IMG/VR virus record: IMGVR_UViG_3300047160_036126
Location: 13,575-77,574 of that record
Direction: 5' to 3' (one strand)
Source: a virus
Lineage: Duplodnaviria > Caudoviricetes
DNA length: 64,000 bases
Shown here: positions 54,473-63,415 of the stretch, piece after piece
Layout of the letters: each line of letters starts with the position of its first letter
Position numbering within the stretch: position 1 is the first letter of the stretch
Notes under the pieces: generated by a model
The model's database searches: none
What the model saw: only the letters and a program-made list of their open reading frames with translations
Told to the model about the DNA's origin: nothing
Made by a program: the position numbers and the translations under genes

Positions 54473-56326
54473 CTAAAGAGAGTTACCCCCGTAACGCTCT
54501 CGGTCGCGGCTGCTGTATTGCTCTACCTCTCGGTCGCTTTGGGCGTTCTCGCGCAAGACGCGCTCCATTTTGGCGTCGGTGACTTCCTGTTCCTGGCCGC
54601 GCCCCGCCGAAGGTGCGGGCGTCTCGCGTCCCTGATGACGGGCCTGCAACTCGGTTTCCTGCTGGCGCTGGGATTGCTCGCGCTGTTGGGTCTGTTGCTG
54701 TTGGCGCTGTTCGGAGAACTGGTCGCGGTTCTGCTCGATGAAGTTGTCGCGCTGCTTTCTGAGTTCCGCCGCGTCGAAGGCGTAGTTGTCCGCGTCTGCG
54801 CGTGTACGCATCGTCTCTTCGGCATTGCGAGAGCCGGAGATGCAAAAGGATGTTTCCGAGCATTCGTATTCGGTGCGGGCCATATAGTCTTTTTCCTGAA
54901 TTTTGTAGCGGAATTCCATATCTTCCCGCTTGATCGGGTCTTGCTCGGCTTGAATTTCACGGTGCAGCCGGTATTGATCCTGCTTGAACATATGGTTTTC
55001 TATTTCGGCTATGCGGCCTTTGGAAACCATCCAATCGGTGATGTCATAGCGGCCTGACGATACAGCGAGGCTATAGCGAAGATTGGCGTCAACGATCTCG
55101 CCGCCCTGAACCTGTTGGTCGTATTGTTGCTGGTGTGAGGTTTTCTTGCGCTCAGCCTCTTCGGCTTCTGCGTAGGATTCCTTTTGCTGCTGCCTTGCCG
55201 CGTCCTCCGCCTTTCCGCGCCAGCGGTCGAAATCACGCTGGCTCTCGATCTGACGATATTCTTCAAGTTTGCGGTGGACATCGGCGGCTTCTTCCCAGCC
55301 TTCCTTGAGCTGTTTGCCACGGTTCTGGACGCGCTGCTTTTCCTCTTCCTCGTTCAAACGATTTTGGTGGTCCTCGGGATGAAGCGGGACATGCGCGCGA
55401 ATCTCATCCTCGCCAACTGGCCGCCAGCCTTGGTTTTGCTCGCGCTTGTGGTTGCTGTCGTCCACGATCTCTTGAACGGTCGGCATCTCTTCGGCTTTCT
55501 TCTGCTGAAGTTGCTGGATTTGGGAAGTCACTTTGTCGATAGCCACGGCGTACTTCTCGGCCTCGGCCTTGTCGGCCAGTTCGCGTTCTTCGTTACGCGC
55601 GCGGATTTCCCGGTTTTCATCGCCGGTCGGCGTGGGGACACCCTGTAGCTCGGCCTGGTTCTGCTTGTTGCCAAGATGCTTGGTCGGCTCGCGGTCAATG
55701 CCCTGTTCGGCGTAGCTGAGATGAGACCAGCGGTCGGGCAATCCGGCTTTTTCAAAACCTTCGTTGATCTTCTCGGCAATCGTTGCCCGCATCCATTCCG
55801 TTTCGGACGCCTGCTCGGCAAAGGCCGTGAGGTAGCGGATTTTCTTATCGGCAAAACCGTCGGGGCCTACCTCTTTCATATTGTTAACAAGGTGGCCGTG
55901 CCAGTTGTCCTTGTTGCCGTGTTGGGTCGGTTCGTGAAGGGAATAGGCGGCCATATATCCGTAGCGGTCGCAGAAGGCGTGCGCGATGCTTTTTACGATC
56001 TCGAAATTCTGTTCGGGTGTGAGTTTGCCGGATAGGGCGAAATTCCAGTGCTGGGCAAGGCGGGCATTGATGCGGCTGTCGTCCGTCTGTACCGCGTTCC
56101 AGGTTTCGGCAAGCCGGTCGAGGTCGAGGAATTGTTCGGGCGCTTCGGCGCGCGCTGCCATGCCGTAGTCCCAGACGTCGCCTTTGTGATTGCGGCGGCA
56201 AGTTTCGCCTGTCTCTTCATTGTACAGATTTTCGCCGGTAATATAGGCGACGGCTCCAACGGCGGATTTTCCTTTTCCGCGACTGACAGGTTTGACGTTG
56301 GCGTGATACTGGCTTGGCGTGGCCAT
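54473..56326 (-). CDS. mobA: MobA/MobL (MOBQ) relaxase
   Basis: YHANVKPVSRGKGKSAVGAVAYITG (catalytic Tyr), SLHEP...NWHGHLV, HLSYAEQGIDREPTKHLG. Confidence 0.92.
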   Translation of the reverse strand: MATPSQYHANVKPVSRGKGKSAVGAVAYITGENLYNEETGETCRRNHKGDVWDYGMAARAEAPEQFLDLDRLAETWNAVQTDDSRINARLAQHWNFALSGKLTPEQNFEIVKSIAHAFCDRYGYMAAYSLHEPTQHGNKDNWHGHLVNNMKEVGPDGFADKKIRYLTAFAEQASETEWMRATIAEKINEGFEKAGLPDRWSHLSYAEQGIDREPTKHLGNKQNQAELQGVPTPTGDENREIRARNEERELADKAEAEKYAVAIDKVTSQIQQLQQKKAEEMPTVQEIVDDSNHKREQNQGWRPVGEDEIRAHVPLHPEDHQNRLNEEEEKQRVQNRGKQLKEGWEEAADVHRKLEEYRQIESQRDFDRWRGKAEDAARQQQKESYAEAEEAERKKTSHQQQYDQQVQGGEIVDANLRYSLAVSSGRYDITDWMVSKGRIAEIENHMFKQDQYRLHREIQAEQDPIKREDMEFRYKIQEKDYMARTEYECSETSFCISGSRNAEETMRTRADADNYAFDAAELRKQRDNFIEQNRDQFSEQRQQQQTQQREQSQRQQETELQARHQGRETPAPSAGRGQEQEVTDAKMERVLRENAQSDREVEQYSSRDRERYGGNSL

Positions 56327-56343
56327 TTCGGCCTATTTTGGTG

Positions 56344-56385
56344 GCGATTTCGGAGAAATCGCGTTAAGTGCGCTGCGCACCCTTC
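56344..56385 (+). other. oriT: Origin of transfer (MOBQ-type oriT)
   Basis: Perfect IR GCGATTTC-GGA-GAAATCGC (56344-56362) followed by TAAGTGCGC (56365-56373), the RSF1010-family core; lies between the divergent relaxase and accessory genes. Confidence 0.8.
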
Positions 56386-56482
56386 CCCCGATATAATACC
56401 CTTTCCCGCACCATTTCCGGCCTGCTATAATTTGCGCGGTGGGAAACTATCACACCCTACCGGCAGACCAAAGGCTTTCCTG

Positions 56483-56857
56483 ATGGCATCCTTACTCGAT
56501 GAAGAGCAAAAGCTGAGACAACGGGAGAAGGCCAGAATTGACGAAGCATGGCAGGCCAAGGCTAAAGCCAATCAGGCCAAGGCCAAGCTCACGGCTCTCA
56601 AACGGCAAATTACAGCTACGCGCAAGGGATTTATCATAGAAGCGTGGTACGAGGGATTGACCAAGGGGGAGCTAAAGCCGAATGAGCTTGATGCCCTCAA
56701 ATCCGTCCTAAGACGTCATATGATAAAGCTTGAGAAGCGCCCCGATTGGGAGAAGCGGGTCAAGGACAATTGGGCTGTGTTGGACGATATTCTAGCAGAT
56801 AGTCCGAGTGTCCAGCCACCGGAGGAATTGGAAGATGCATGGAGAGAAACCGCTTAA
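56483..56857 (+). CDS. Relaxosome accessory protein candidate (MobC/TraC-like)
   Basis: Coiled-coil protein divergent from the relaxase across oriT. Confidence 0.5.
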   Translation: MASLLDEEQKLRQREKARIDEAWQAKAKANQAKAKLTALKRQITATRKGFIIEAWYEGLTKGELKPNELDALKSVLRRHMIKLEKRPDWEKRVKDNWAVLDDILADSPSVQPPEELEDAWRETA

Positions 56858-56904
56858 GCGCCCGTGCAGCGCAAGCAGGTTAGTCCGAGAGTCCGGAGGT
56901 CGCT

Positions 56905-57177
56905 ATGCCGGTCTTGCCGTTCAAAATCCTGACACCTAACACCTATGATCCCGGTGAATGGGAAGCGGTCTTAACCTGGGCATTGCCTCGCAAGCCGTCC
57001 GTTGAATTTGTGGATAGATTGACGCGATGCACTTTGGAATATCTCGATTGTTTTTCTCGCCGTATGCCAGATGAGCGATTGAGGCAGGAAAGGATTGATT
57101 ACCTGATAACCCTTGCGTCTGTTCGCTTAAAACAACTTACAAGAATGAGACGGGATGCAGAGAGGATAATGAAATGA
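56905..57177 (+). CDS. Hypothetical protein
   Basis: GGAGG RBS. Confidence 0.55.
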   Translation: MPVLPFKILTPNTYDPGEWEAVLTWALPRKPSVEFVDRLTRCTLEYLDCFSRRMPDERLRQERIDYLITLASVRLKQLTRMRRDAERIMK

Positions 57178-57578
57178 GCGACCGCGAGACTGACGAAAAC
57201 CGGATTGCCGATCTTGCCCGCGCTCATGACCTAATATTTAGGCGCAAGGGTAGCTCCTATGTGTTCAAGGACTTCACGGCCCACGGTTACAGGCAGGCTC
57301 TTGGCTATGTTGAAGGCTTTGCCGCCGCCGCGAATGATGCTGTGGCCCTGAAATCCGAAATGCCCGGAAAAACTGTATATCGGCTGATCGTTGCAGAAGA
57401 CCCTTACGACATAAAAGTCTATGAGGCGATTTACGGTATGAGCCAAACGGAAGCGGTAGATCACCTTATCGAGAAAAGTTGCTGGCGGGACGATATGCCC
57501 AAATTCGTCGGCGGAAAAGGAACGCCACAAGATAGGCTGACGGCGCTCCGGGCAGCTTTCAAGGCTCAGCTAGGGTAA
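57174..57578 (+). CDS. Hypothetical protein
   Basis: ATGA-coupled. Confidence 0.55.
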   Translation: MSDRETDENRIADLARAHDLIFRRKGSSYVFKDFTAHGYRQALGYVEGFAAAANDAVALKSEMPGKTVYRLIVAEDPYDIKVYEAIYGMSQTEAVDHLIEKSCWRDDMPKFVGGKGTPQDRLTALRAAFKAQLG

Positions 57579-58051
57579 ATTCCCCGGATGCGGTGCCAGA
57601 GACGGGTGAGGCGCTTGGGCTCCTCTCTTGACTGGACGTGATGCGGTGCTTGCCATCGAAATCCATTAGGTCGCCAACTTGGGTCTTCATAATTGCCGGG
57701 TTCGGCCATGCGTTTTATGAGATATTGGACTTGTGAATTTTCTTCCGGGGAAACCCAAGCCTTCGGTCCTAGCTGGTAATAAAGCCCTAGAACATTTAAG
57801 CGCCATTCGGTCTGCACGATCCGCATTTGAGCCATGCGAAGTTTGCGGCGTTGCTCGTCTTCCGGTTCCCGTTCTTCCTTGAAGCCGTAGCGTTCACCCT
57901 GAAGGGCATCGCCATAGACCTGCGCAAAATGGCGCGACCATGAATGGATTTCGGCCAGCAATTCCACGCTGGCGTCAAGCGGGATCGGAAGCGCGACTGC
58001 GTTCCATACGTCCTGTTCCATAGCTTCGAAGGTTAGCTTCTTCTCGGTCAT
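57566..58051 (-). CDS. Hypothetical protein
   Basis: Last gene of the ardC operon. Confidence 0.55.
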   Translation of the reverse strand: MTEKKLTFEAMEQDVWNAVALPIPLDASVELLAEIHSWSRHFAQVYGDALQGERYGFKEEREPEDEQRRKLRMAQMRIVQTEWRLNVLGLYYQLGPKAWVSPEENSQVQYLIKRMAEPGNYEDPSWRPNGFRWQAPHHVQSREEPKRLTRLWHRIRGIYPS

Positions 58052-58380
58052 TCGATCCTCTTCAAAGCCTCTACCGCCGCCGCGTGGGCAAGATCAATGT
58101 CCGACCAATCGACATGCTCGCCGTGCGCCTCGCCGTTGTCGTAGGCCATGACCAGCAACCGGCAGGCGTTGACTAACTGGTCAAAAGCGTTGACTGCGCG
58201 GACGATGAGGGCGGCGTTGGCCAGATTTTCGGGGTGTGGTTCGTTCGGTTTGGTAGGTTGTCGGCCACTCGGTAATGCTGCGATAGCCGACGAGTTGGCG
58301 ATGATATAGATATATTGTTCTGTCTCCATGAGAGACCATGGGCTAGGTGTCGTCTCGCGGATTGTGTCGGTGTCAGTCAT
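58048..58380 (-). CDS. Phage-type small protein (TPxPW...ANA.LI family)
   Basis: TTPSPW...ANAALIVRAVN. Confidence 0.6.
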   Translation of the reverse strand: MTDTDTIRETTPSPWSLMETEQYIYIIANSSAIAALPSGRQPTKPNEPHPENLANAALIVRAVNAFDQLVNACRLLVMAYDNGEAHGEHVDWSDIDLAHAAAVEALKRIE

Positions 58381-58685
58381 GGCTCGCCTTTCTGCCCCTC
58401 GGCCTTAGCAACGATGGCGCGCGCTTTTTCGAGGCGTTCTGTCTGGGTTTTGCCAAACTGATGGGTAGAGCGGAACGCTTCAAGAATGCGTGTCACGCCC
58501 TTTAAGGCGTCCAGCAATTCCGGCGCAGCGGCGATAAGCCGTGCATTTGCCGTTGTTTCAGATTTTATTTCCCCGTTGCCATTCGAAAGCTGGCCGCAAA
58601 TCCATGCCGTTGGCGACATAATGCAAAGCTGTCCGGTTACTGGAGCTTTTTCTATCTGCCATGGTCCGGGTGTGTGCCTGCTCAT
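58377..58685 (-). CDS. Phage-type small protein (HTPGPW...ANARLIAAAPELL family)
   Basis: HTPGPW, ANARLIAAAPELLDAL. Confidence 0.7.
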   Translation of the reverse strand: MSRHTPGPWQIEKAPVTGQLCIMSPTAWICGQLSNGNGEIKSETTANARLIAAAPELLDALKGVTRILEAFRSTHQFGKTQTERLEKARAIVAKAEGQKGEP

Positions 58686-59548
58686 GGGGTAGGCTCCTGC
58701 CCTTCCAGCCGTGGAGCCGGTCGCGCTGGCTGACTGCCCTCAAGTATGAAATCGGTCGCCGCTTGGGCCTTTGAAAAAACCGTGATGACAATGCGTTTGT
58801 CCTCGCGCATCGCCTCAACCCAGTTGTTGAGATATTTGGCCGTCTCGGCGCGCGGCTCTGGAACAACGCCAGCCTGAGCGGCGGTCAAGGCCGCCGAAGT
58901 TTCAGCGATTAATTCCTCAAAGGCATAGGCCCGGTCGCCAAATCGTTGTCCGAGCTCGCGGTTAAGCCGCGTCGGATGCGCAGTCCAGTGCGCGAGTTCG
59001 TGCAAGACAGTGCTGTAAAATCCTTCCTGCGAAAGGAATTGCTCGGCCTTTGGCATGATGATCCGGTCTTGGCTCGGTATATAAGCCGCACGGTCGCCGC
59101 CATAGGAGATGTCTGCGCCGGTTGCGGTGATGATCCGGTCACATTCGGCATGGCGTTCAATTGGTGTGCGGTTCTTGGTCGGGATAATCGGCGCGTCGTC
59201 GCATTGCGCGATGTTGAAAACGGCATAGGTGCGAGCCATTAGGATTTGGCGTTCGTCGTCCGCTTCTCGGTCTTTGACGGTCAGTGGCTTCCAAAAGAAA
59301 ATACGGGTGGCCTTCTCGCCTTTGCGGACTTGGGCGCCAAGCTCTGCCCATTGCCGATAGGTTCCCCAAACCTGAGAAGAATATCCGGCAACCCCAAGGA
59401 TCGGGATGTTGATCCCGCGATAGCTGCGCTTCGTGATGATGTTCTTTGCGATGCCGTCGCCAAGCCACGGCCTGCGCCAATCGCTGCCGTTTTCGAGCAT
59501 GAGTTTAAGTATTTTGTCGGTGATTTCCTGTGCGAGGTCTGCTTTCAC
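58682..59548 (-). CDS. ardC: ArdC ssDNA-binding antirestriction protein
   Basis: WRRPW, YRGIN..IL, WGTYRQW..LGAQVRKGEK, VFNIAQ, HELAHWT, YAFEELIAE. Confidence 0.93.
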   Translation of the reverse strand: MKADLAQEITDKILKLMLENGSDWRRPWLGDGIAKNIITKRSYRGINIPILGVAGYSSQVWGTYRQWAELGAQVRKGEKATRIFFWKPLTVKDREADDERQILMARTYAVFNIAQCDDAPIIPTKNRTPIERHAECDRIITATGADISYGGDRAAYIPSQDRIIMPKAEQFLSQEGFYSTVLHELAHWTAHPTRLNRELGQRFGDRAYAFEELIAETSAALTAAQAGVVPEPRAETAKYLNNWVEAMREDKRIVITVFSKAQAATDFILEGSQPARPAPRLEGQEPTP

Positions 59549-59583
59549 TGGTCAACGCGTCTCTCCCTTCTTCTTGCTCTTGG

Positions 59584-60102
59584 CTAACTATCAATCGAAA
59601 GATCGTTGAGACAGGCGAATTCCCCCTGTTCTTTTAATGCTGCATCATTATATGCCTTGGCAGCTTCAATTTCAGTGTCGAAATAGCCGAGATATCGTTG
59701 CTTCTTGTTGAATTTTATTCGCGCAATCCATTTTTCGTAGTTTTTATCTTTATAGACGCCTTTGTATTTGCTGGTTTTCGTGACGAAGATGCGGTTCATA
59801 TTATTTTGTGAATAGGTTGCTGGCCGCAGATTGGATTTACGATTGTCTAATCCGTTCCGATTCCTATGATCGGCGAATCTTCCCTTCCCAAGCTTCAATA
59901 TAAATCTGTGCATGGGCTGGCGGGTATTGGCATGTAGAGCATACTCTGTGAACGAGCGGGGTTTTATATATCTGCGATGATGCCAACGGTGCTGGTTGAC
60001 GCGCTCGTAATCTTCTTCATCAATAATCGCCCATTTCCCCTTCGATAAATAAATCATAACAGGGTCTTTGGGATGCCATTCATTATTTGATATAGTCGTC
60101 AC
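59584..60102 (-). CDS. HNH-AP2 homing endonuclease, paralog of 50930
   Basis: LSKGKWAIIDEED, DHRNRNGLDNRKSNLR, SKYKGV, YLGYF..E.EAAKAYN. Confidence 0.9.
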   Translation of the reverse strand: MTTISNNEWHPKDPVMIYLSKGKWAIIDEEDYERVNQHRWHHRRYIKPRSFTEYALHANTRQPMHRFILKLGKGRFADHRNRNGLDNRKSNLRPATYSQNNMNRIFVTKTSKYKGVYKDKNYEKWIARIKFNKKQRYLGYFDTEIEAAKAYNDAALKEQGEFACLNDLSIDS

Positions 60103-60147
60103 GTCTCCTCTGTTCTGCCCTTCGCGGGCTCGTTGGTCTTCGCTGAC

Positions 60148-60354
60148 TTAAATCACCGCCGCCAGTTCCGCCTCATACCTCTCATTCCCTTCGCGGAAGC
60201 GGTCGGGATCGTGGGTTTTCAACATATCAAGTGCCTCGTCTGCGGTGTGGCGCATCCGAATGAGGGCGTCGAAGGCGTCCTCAATCGACAGTTGGCCGTC
60301 GCTCCATTCGTCAAGGATGGTTTCGAGTTCGAGCATGTACTGATCCTCGGTCAT
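60148..60354 (-). CDS. Hypothetical protein
   Basis: Coupled ORF. Confidence 0.55.
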   Translation of the reverse strand: MTEDQYMLELETILDEWSDGQLSIEDAFDALIRMRHTADEALDMLKTHDPDRFREGNERYEAELAAVI

Positions 60355-60659
60355 GCGGCCCCCAGTTGCTCGTAGATCGCCCGCGCCTGCTCGGCGGTGG
60401 TGACCCGGTTATCAGGATCGCAGAACGCCGCATTCTCGATGTGGAACCGCTCGGCGGCGTGCAATTGCGGGATGAGTCCGGCGAGTTGGTCATCCTCGCA
60501 ACCGCCGCTTACTTCCATGACGCGGCTCTTGCGAAACTCGGCCTTGCGTTCAAGGTGATAGCGGTTGGTGAAATATCCGCGCCAATTTTCGCCCATATCC
60601 ACGATTTGATAATGCCGGGTTTCAGCGACGATGTTTTCCATAGGACGGCTCCCTGTCAT
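60351..60659 (-). CDS. Hypothetical protein, first gene of the ardC operon
   Basis: Start ATG 60659 or 60641 (GGGAG RBS). Confidence 0.55.
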   Translation of the reverse strand: MTGSRPMENIVAETRHYQIVDMGENWRGYFTNRYHLERKAEFRKSRVMEVSGGCEDDQLAGLIPQLHAAERFHIENAAFCDPDNRVTTAEQARAIYEQLGAA

Positions 60660-60672
60660 TGAATAGTAAAAG

Positions 60673-60688
60673 TAACCAGTAATGGTTA
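60673..60688. promoter_or_regulatory. Operator TAACCA-N4-TGGTTA upstream of the ardC operon
   Basis: TAACCA-GTAA-TGGTTA, perfect palindrome. Confidence 0.6.
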
Positions 60689-60791
60689 TGACCTGAATTG
60701 ACGGATATTGGAAGAAAAAAGTGCTACTTGGCGCGCAATAAACTTGCGAATTTCGAGTTGTTGGAATCCAGCTATTTTGTTACTATAGGGA

Positions 60792-61259
60792 ATGTTTAAA
60801 CTTACGGGAAAACGTTGCTTTTGGTGCGATATACCTCTTGTTTTGGCCATCAAGGATTTCCCCGCCAACCTGCCACTCCCGAACAGCCAGACGAAAGACC
60901 ACCTCGTTCCGAAAGCGAGGCGGGGCAGAAAGAAGGTGGCTTGCTGTTATGAGTGCAACCAACTCAAGGGCGGCATGGACCCTTTTGTGTTCCGGTCCCA
61001 ACATCGGCCCCATGTGTCCGAACGAAAAATCCGGGATGCTTTGGCTGGGCAAATCCCAATAGAGAATCAACGCCAACGTAAAGAAGCGCGTAGGCGAATC
61101 CGCCGACAAAAAGAGAATATTATGAGCAGCACGATAGTCGGTTATATTTCGACAAGGCACGTTCTTACGCGCCGAAATCCTTTTGCGCGCGATATGCGCG
61201 TGAAGCTGATCGCGGAGCGTGTGAAATTTTGTCGTGAAACTCCTATCGAGCGGTGCTAA
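60792..61259 (+). CDS. HNH endonuclease
   Basis: CFWC...TKDHLVP...ACCYECNQLKG. Confidence 0.85.
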   Translation: MFKLTGKRCFWCDIPLVLAIKDFPANLPLPNSQTKDHLVPKARRGRKKVACCYECNQLKGGMDPFVFRSQHRPHVSERKIRDALAGQIPIENQRQRKEARRRIRRQKENIMSSTIVGYISTRHVLTRRNPFARDMRVKLIAERVKFCRETPIERC

Positions 61260-61348
61260 TTTACTTGCGGATGCCCCGGCGTCCTTCCCCTGCCGCAATG
61301 AAATGCTCAGGTGCCGGGGTGACGGCTTAATGCCTTCGGGCGGCTATC

Positions 61349-61513
61349 TCAATCGTCTGCGTTGATGTCGTAAGTTGTTCCTTCTTCGTCTGTCACCTCA
61401 AAGTGATCGGCGCGGTTGGAAGGATCAAGCTGAATGCGCCGGGCTTGGCGAGCAGCTTGCTCCGGCGTTTCAGCCTCGATCTCTATTGTCCACGTCACTG
61501 TATATTCAGGCAT
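61349..61513 (-). CDS. Small acidic protein, not in the ORF track
   Basis: MPEYTVTWTIEIEAETPEQAARQA... (54 aa); GGGGAG RBS. Confidence 0.6.
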   Translation of the reverse strand: MPEYTVTWTIEIEAETPEQAARQARRIQLDPSNRADHFEVTDEEGTTYDINADD

Positions 61514-61526
61514 GGAACTCCCCCGA

Positions 61527-63299
61527 CTAAGCCGGAGTGCGGAGCAGTGCCGGAAGCCAGCCGGTTGTTTTCAGCTTCCGCTCGGCGAGTGCCGTGAGTT
61601 CGGATTTCTTGAGGCCAACCGGGGCGGATGCCGGGTCTTTCGGGCATTGTTCTTTCAGCGCCGCCGTGATCTGCGCGGCGGATACCCGGCTGAAATAATT
61701 CTCCGCTGTCGGTTGCCACCATTCGGCCATGTCGAGCTTGAGCGCTTCGGCAAGGTCGGCGTGGTCGTCACTGTCCGGCTGCACGGTGGTCGTATCGACC
61801 GTGTGACCGGCGCAGAGGGCGAGAATGCCAAGCAGCGTCTTTTGATCCTGCTTTGTCAGCCAGCCCCACAGCTTGTCCACGTCCTTCGGCATGCCCTTGC
61901 GCACGGCTTTCGTCGTCGCCTCAAGCTGCTTGTGGGCCTTGGTGCTTTCGAAGCCTTCGGGGAGATAGGCAACGCTTGCGTTGATCTTGAGCGAGCCGGA
62001 AGTGCGGCCATAGATCACATCCACGGCGAGCGAATGCACCACGGCGACAAGCGCCACCTTCGGGTTTTCGGCGAGCATCGCCTGTAGCGCTGCCGTCCGG
62101 TGCGCCGTGAGATTTTGCACCAAGGCGGCGGATAGGTGGGCTTCGTCGTCCTTGTCGGTCTTTTTGCCCTTTGACTTTTTGGCCTCCGTTTTCCGCTCGG
62201 CCTTCATATCCTCCGGGCTGACAAGGCCGCGATGGAGTTCGGCCTTTCCATTGTGGGCGATTGTGATAACCACGCCCGATTTTGCCATGTCGTCGGCGGA
62301 AAAGCTCGCCTCGGTCTTGATTTCCGCCAGCCGTTCCTGGATATGGTCATAGCGGTCTTGTGCGTTCTCGTCCTCGCCGTCCAGTGCCTCTTGCTCCTCA
62401 ATGAGCTTATCGGCTTCCGTGCGCGCCTCTTTCGAAAGAGTTGGTGTGAGCTTGCGGAATTTCTGTTGCTCGCTGTATCCAAAGTCCGGTTTGATCTCTA
62501 CCCACTTCCAGCCCTTGGCGCGAAGATCGGCGGCGATTTGTTCAAGCTTGGCTTGCGCGAGTTCATTTAAAAGTACAGGATCGGCAAAATAACCTTGGTC
62601 GTCGGCATCAAAGAGGTCGCGCACGACTTCGCCGCCCGCTTCCTTATAGGCGTCCGTGCCAACGAATAGAGCGAGTTTGTTGCGCCGCGCGTCGATATAC
62701 TTTTCAAGCAGCGCGTCGCGGATCGTGTCGGCGTCTTCGTAATCCCGGCATGCCTTCCATACTTTTTCCTGTTGCTTGTGATCGTCGCTCACGGTGAATG
62801 CCATGAGCATTTCGAGCGTCATGTCACCGGCGCGGTACGCCTTTATGAGCTTCGGGCTGACGACCGCCAGCTTGAGGCGTTGTTCGACCACTTTGGGCGT
62901 CACGCCGAATTTCGCGGCGATGGTGTCGTTCCCCTGCCCATCGTCGGCCAGCCTCTTGAACGCCTCGAACTGGTCGGCGGGGTGCATGGCCGCGCGCATC
63001 TCGTTCTCGGCGAGGCTGATTTCGTGATCGTCTTGGCCGTTGAGTACGTGCGCGGGAATACCGGATTCCAAATCGGCGGGCAGGCGCTTCTCCTTGGCGA
63101 GAAGTTTGAGCGCTGCGAGACGCCGCATACCGGCGACGACTTCGAATTTGTCGTCCTGCTCGCGCACTTGAAGATTTTGAAGGAGGCCGAGTGCCGCGAT
63201 GTTGTCGGCCAGTTCCTTGATGCCTTCGTTGGTGTGAGTTTTGCGGACGTTCGCGGCGGATGGGATTAGTTTATCGAGAGCGATATTCTGTATTTGCAT
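61527..63299 (-). CDS. ParB/RepB/Spo0J-family protein of the plasmid leading-region type
   Basis: NVRKT, GLLQNLQV, EVVAGMRRLAAL, SLAENEMR..MHPADQF. Confidence 0.88.
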   Translation of the reverse strand: MQIQNIALDKLIPSAANVRKTHTNEGIKELADNIAALGLLQNLQVREQDDKFEVVAGMRRLAALKLLAKEKRLPADLESGIPAHVLNGQDDHEISLAENEMRAAMHPADQFEAFKRLADDGQGNDTIAAKFGVTPKVVEQRLKLAVVSPKLIKAYRAGDMTLEMLMAFTVSDDHKQQEKVWKACRDYEDADTIRDALLEKYIDARRNKLALFVGTDAYKEAGGEVVRDLFDADDQGYFADPVLLNELAQAKLEQIAADLRAKGWKWVEIKPDFGYSEQQKFRKLTPTLSKEARTEADKLIEEQEALDGEDENAQDRYDHIQERLAEIKTEASFSADDMAKSGVVITIAHNGKAELHRGLVSPEDMKAERKTEAKKSKGKKTDKDDEAHLSAALVQNLTAHRTAALQAMLAENPKVALVAVVHSLAVDVIYGRTSGSLKINASVAYLPEGFESTKAHKQLEATTKAVRKGMPKDVDKLWGWLTKQDQKTLLGILALCAGHTVDTTTVQPDSDDHADLAEALKLDMAEWWQPTAENYFSRVSAAQITAALKEQCPKDPASAPVGLKKSELTALAERKLKTTGWLPALLRTPA

Positions 63300-63310
63300 G
63301 GCGAAATCTC

Positions 63311-63370
63311 CCCTTTGGCAGATTGTGAGAAAATAACCATCTTTGGTTACTCCTTGTTATTGCCAAAGGG
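63311..63370. promoter_or_regulatory. Nested inverted repeats with a central operator upstream of the parB-like gene
   Basis: CCCTTTGGCA(63311-63320)/TGCCAAAGGG(63361-63370) flanking TAACCA-TCTT-TGGTTA (63334-63349). Confidence 0.6.
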
Positions 63371-63415
63371 AATCAAAATCCGCGAAGTATTATTGCTTTG
63401 TTTATTGGGTATTGC

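Larger units (their letters stand above)
51709..63370. mobile_element. Mobilisation plus leading-region module (T4CP, MOBQ relaxase, oriT, ArdC, ParB-like); no T4SS genes in the window
   Basis: Component genes listed below. Confidence 0.8.
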
